Shown here piece after piece: positions 6,376-7,545 of a stretch of 7,545 bases of DNA. The notes under the pieces were generated by a model. It saw only the letters and a list, made by a program, of their open reading frames with translations. It did no database searches and was not told the origin of the DNA. The stretch's first letter is position 1. Each line of letters starts with the position of its first letter. The stretch comes from a virus (Duplodnaviria; Heunggongvirae; Uroviricota; Caudoviricetes), in the IMG/VR virus record IMGVR_UViG_2547132488_000010, positions 1-7,545 of that record. One strand, written 5' to 3'. Position numbers and translations under genes: made by a program.

Positions 6376-6920
6376 AAACGGGGGCCGAAGCCATCCGGGC
6401 GCTGGCCATGCAGATCCCGGCGTTTCGTCAGAAGCTGAGCGACGGCTGGTATCAGGTACGCATTGCCGGGCGGGATACAGGCGAAAACGAATTATCTGCC
6501 CGTCTTAATGAGCCGCTGGCAAATGGTGCAGTGATCCACATCGTACCGCGTCTGGCGGGTGCCAAAAGTGGCGGTGTGTTTCAGGCTGTGCTGGGGGCTG
6601 CGCTGATTGCGGTGGCATGGTGGAACCCTGTGGGCTGGCTGGGTGCCGCGGCTGTATCGGGTATGTATGCGGCAGGGGCCAGTATGATCCTGGGCGGTGT
6701 GGCGCAGATGCTGGCACCGAAAGCCAGAACTCCCCGCACACAGGCAACAGATAACGGCAAACAGAACACCTATTTCTCCTCACTGGATAACATGGTTGCA
6801 CAGGGTAATTCGCTGCCGGTGCTGTATGGCGAAATGCGCGTGGGGTCGCGGGTGGTTTCTCAGGAGATCAGCACGGCAGATGAAGGTGATGGTGGTCAGG
6901 TTGTGGTGATTGGTCGCTGA
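6273..6920 (+). CDS. I: Tail tip assembly protein I (lambda gpI family)
   Basis: MAATHTLPLASPGMARICLYGDLQRFGRRIDLRVKTGAEAIRALA... and C-terminus ...KQNTYFSSLDNMVAQGNSLPVLYGEMRVGSRVVSQEISTADEGDGGQVVVIGR are near-identical to lambda gpI as I recall it. Overlaps the 3' end of K by 103 nt in another frame. Alternative in-frame ATG at 6312 has no obvious RBS. Confidence 0.88.
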   Translation: MAATHTLPLASPGMARICLYGDLQRFGRRIDLRVKTGAEAIRALAMQIPAFRQKLSDGWYQVRIAGRDTGENELSARLNEPLANGAVIHIVPRLAGAKSGGVFQAVLGAALIAVAWWNPVGWLGAAAVSGMYAAGASMILGGVAQMLAPKARTPRTQATDNGKQNTYFSSLDNMVAQGNSLPVLYGEMRVGSRVVSQEISTADEGDGGQVVVIGR

Positions 6921-6938
6921 TGAAAAACGTTTTATGTG

Positions 6939-6958
6939 AAACCGCCTCCGGGCGGTTT
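6939..6958 (+). other. Intergenic stem-loop between I and J (possible terminator or RNA stability element)
   Basis: AAACCGCC (6939-6946), TCCG loop, GGCGGTTT (6951-6958): a perfect 8-bp stem, with the T-run partly inside the stem and followed by TGTCGTT. Confidence 0.35.
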
Positions 6959-6979
6959 TGTCGTTATGGAGCGTGAGAA

Positions 6980-7545
6980 ATGGGTAAAGGCAGCAGTAAG
7001 GGGCATACCCCGCGCGAAGCGAAGGACAACCTGAAGTCCACGCAGTTGCTGAGTGTGATTGATGCCATCAGTGAAGGGCCGATTGAAGGTCCGGTGGATG
7101 GATTAAAAAGCGTGCTGCTGAACAGTACACCGGTGCTGGACAGTGAGGGGAATACCAACATCTCCGGTGTCACGGTGGTGTTCCGGGCAGGTGAGCAAGA
7201 GCAGACACCGCCGGAGGGATTTGAATCCTCCGGCTCCGAGACGGTGCTGGGTACGGAAGTGAAATACGACACGCCGATCACCCGGACCATCACGTCTGCA
7301 AACATCGACCGTCTGCGCTTTACCTTCGGTGTGCAGGCACTGGTGGAAACCACCTCAAAGGGGGACCGGAATCCGTCGGAAGTCCGCCTGCTGGTTCAGA
7401 TCCAGCGTAATGGTGGCTGGGTGACGGAAAAAGACATCACCATTAAGGGCAAAACCACCTCGCAGTATCTGGCCTCGGTGGTGGTGGGTAACCTGCCGCC
7501 GCGCCCGTTCAATATACGGATGCGCAGGATGACGCCGGACAGCAC
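6980..7545 (+). CDS. J: Tail tip / host specificity protein J (lambda gpJ family), 5' partial, runs off the window
   Basis: I translated the frame from ATG 6980 by hand: MGKGSSKGHTPREAKDNLKSTQLLSVIDAISEGPIEGPVDGLKSVLLNSTPVLD..., with no stop to the window end. This matches the lambda gpJ N-terminus as recalled. GGAG 8 nt upstream. Absent from the ORF track only because it lacks a stop in the window. Confidence 0.93.
   Translation, partial: MGKGSSKGHTPREAKDNLKSTQLLSVIDAISEGPIEGPVDGLKSVLLNSTPVLDSEGNTNISGVTVVFRAGEQEQTPPEGFESSGSETVLGTEVKYDTPITRTITSANIDRLRFTFGVQALVETTSKGDRNPSEVRLLVQIQRNGGWVTEKDITIKGKTTSQYLASVVVGNLPPRPFNIRMRRMTPDS

Noticed and set aside
6505-6909. Plus- and minus-strand ORFs 6505..6801, 6581..6769 and 6697..6909 within I
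   Set aside because: Embedded in the conserved I coding region. Alternative-frame artefacts.
6920-6976. 18-codon ORF (MKNVLCETASGRFCRYGA) in the I-J intergenic gap
   Set aside because: Its ATG overlaps the I stop with no RBS and the ORF spans the hairpin. More likely non-coding sequence forming the stem-loop.
6964-7353. 129-aa minus-strand ORF overlapping the start of J
   Set aside because: Antisense to a J reading frame that matches lambda gpJ closely. No independent support.
1-7545. A novel defence, toxin or other accessory system hidden in the window
   Set aside because: Every stretch is accounted for by a conserved tail-module gene in canonical order with minimal intergenic space. There is no inserted ORF, no shift in strand and no repeat array. 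The only anomaly is the G9 interruption of the tape measure.

Overview
This window is a contiguous, same-strand (+) tail-assembly module of a lambda-like siphovirus or prophage, in lambda gene order: last codons of a U-like gene, V (major tail tube), G and the G-T frameshift product, H (tape measure), M, L, K, I, and the 5' part of J. Genes are tightly packed with overlapping or coupled stops and starts, and every long minus-strand ORF in the track is antisense to one of these genes and looks spurious. I see no cargo, defence, toxin or RNA gene here and cannot support a claim of a novel system. The most notable observation is that the tape-measure gene is split into two ORFs at a run of nine G (2392-2400); removing one G would fuse them into a single protein of about 1010 aa. 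Homology calls rest on my recollection of lambda protein sequences and on motifs read from the translations; no database search was run.
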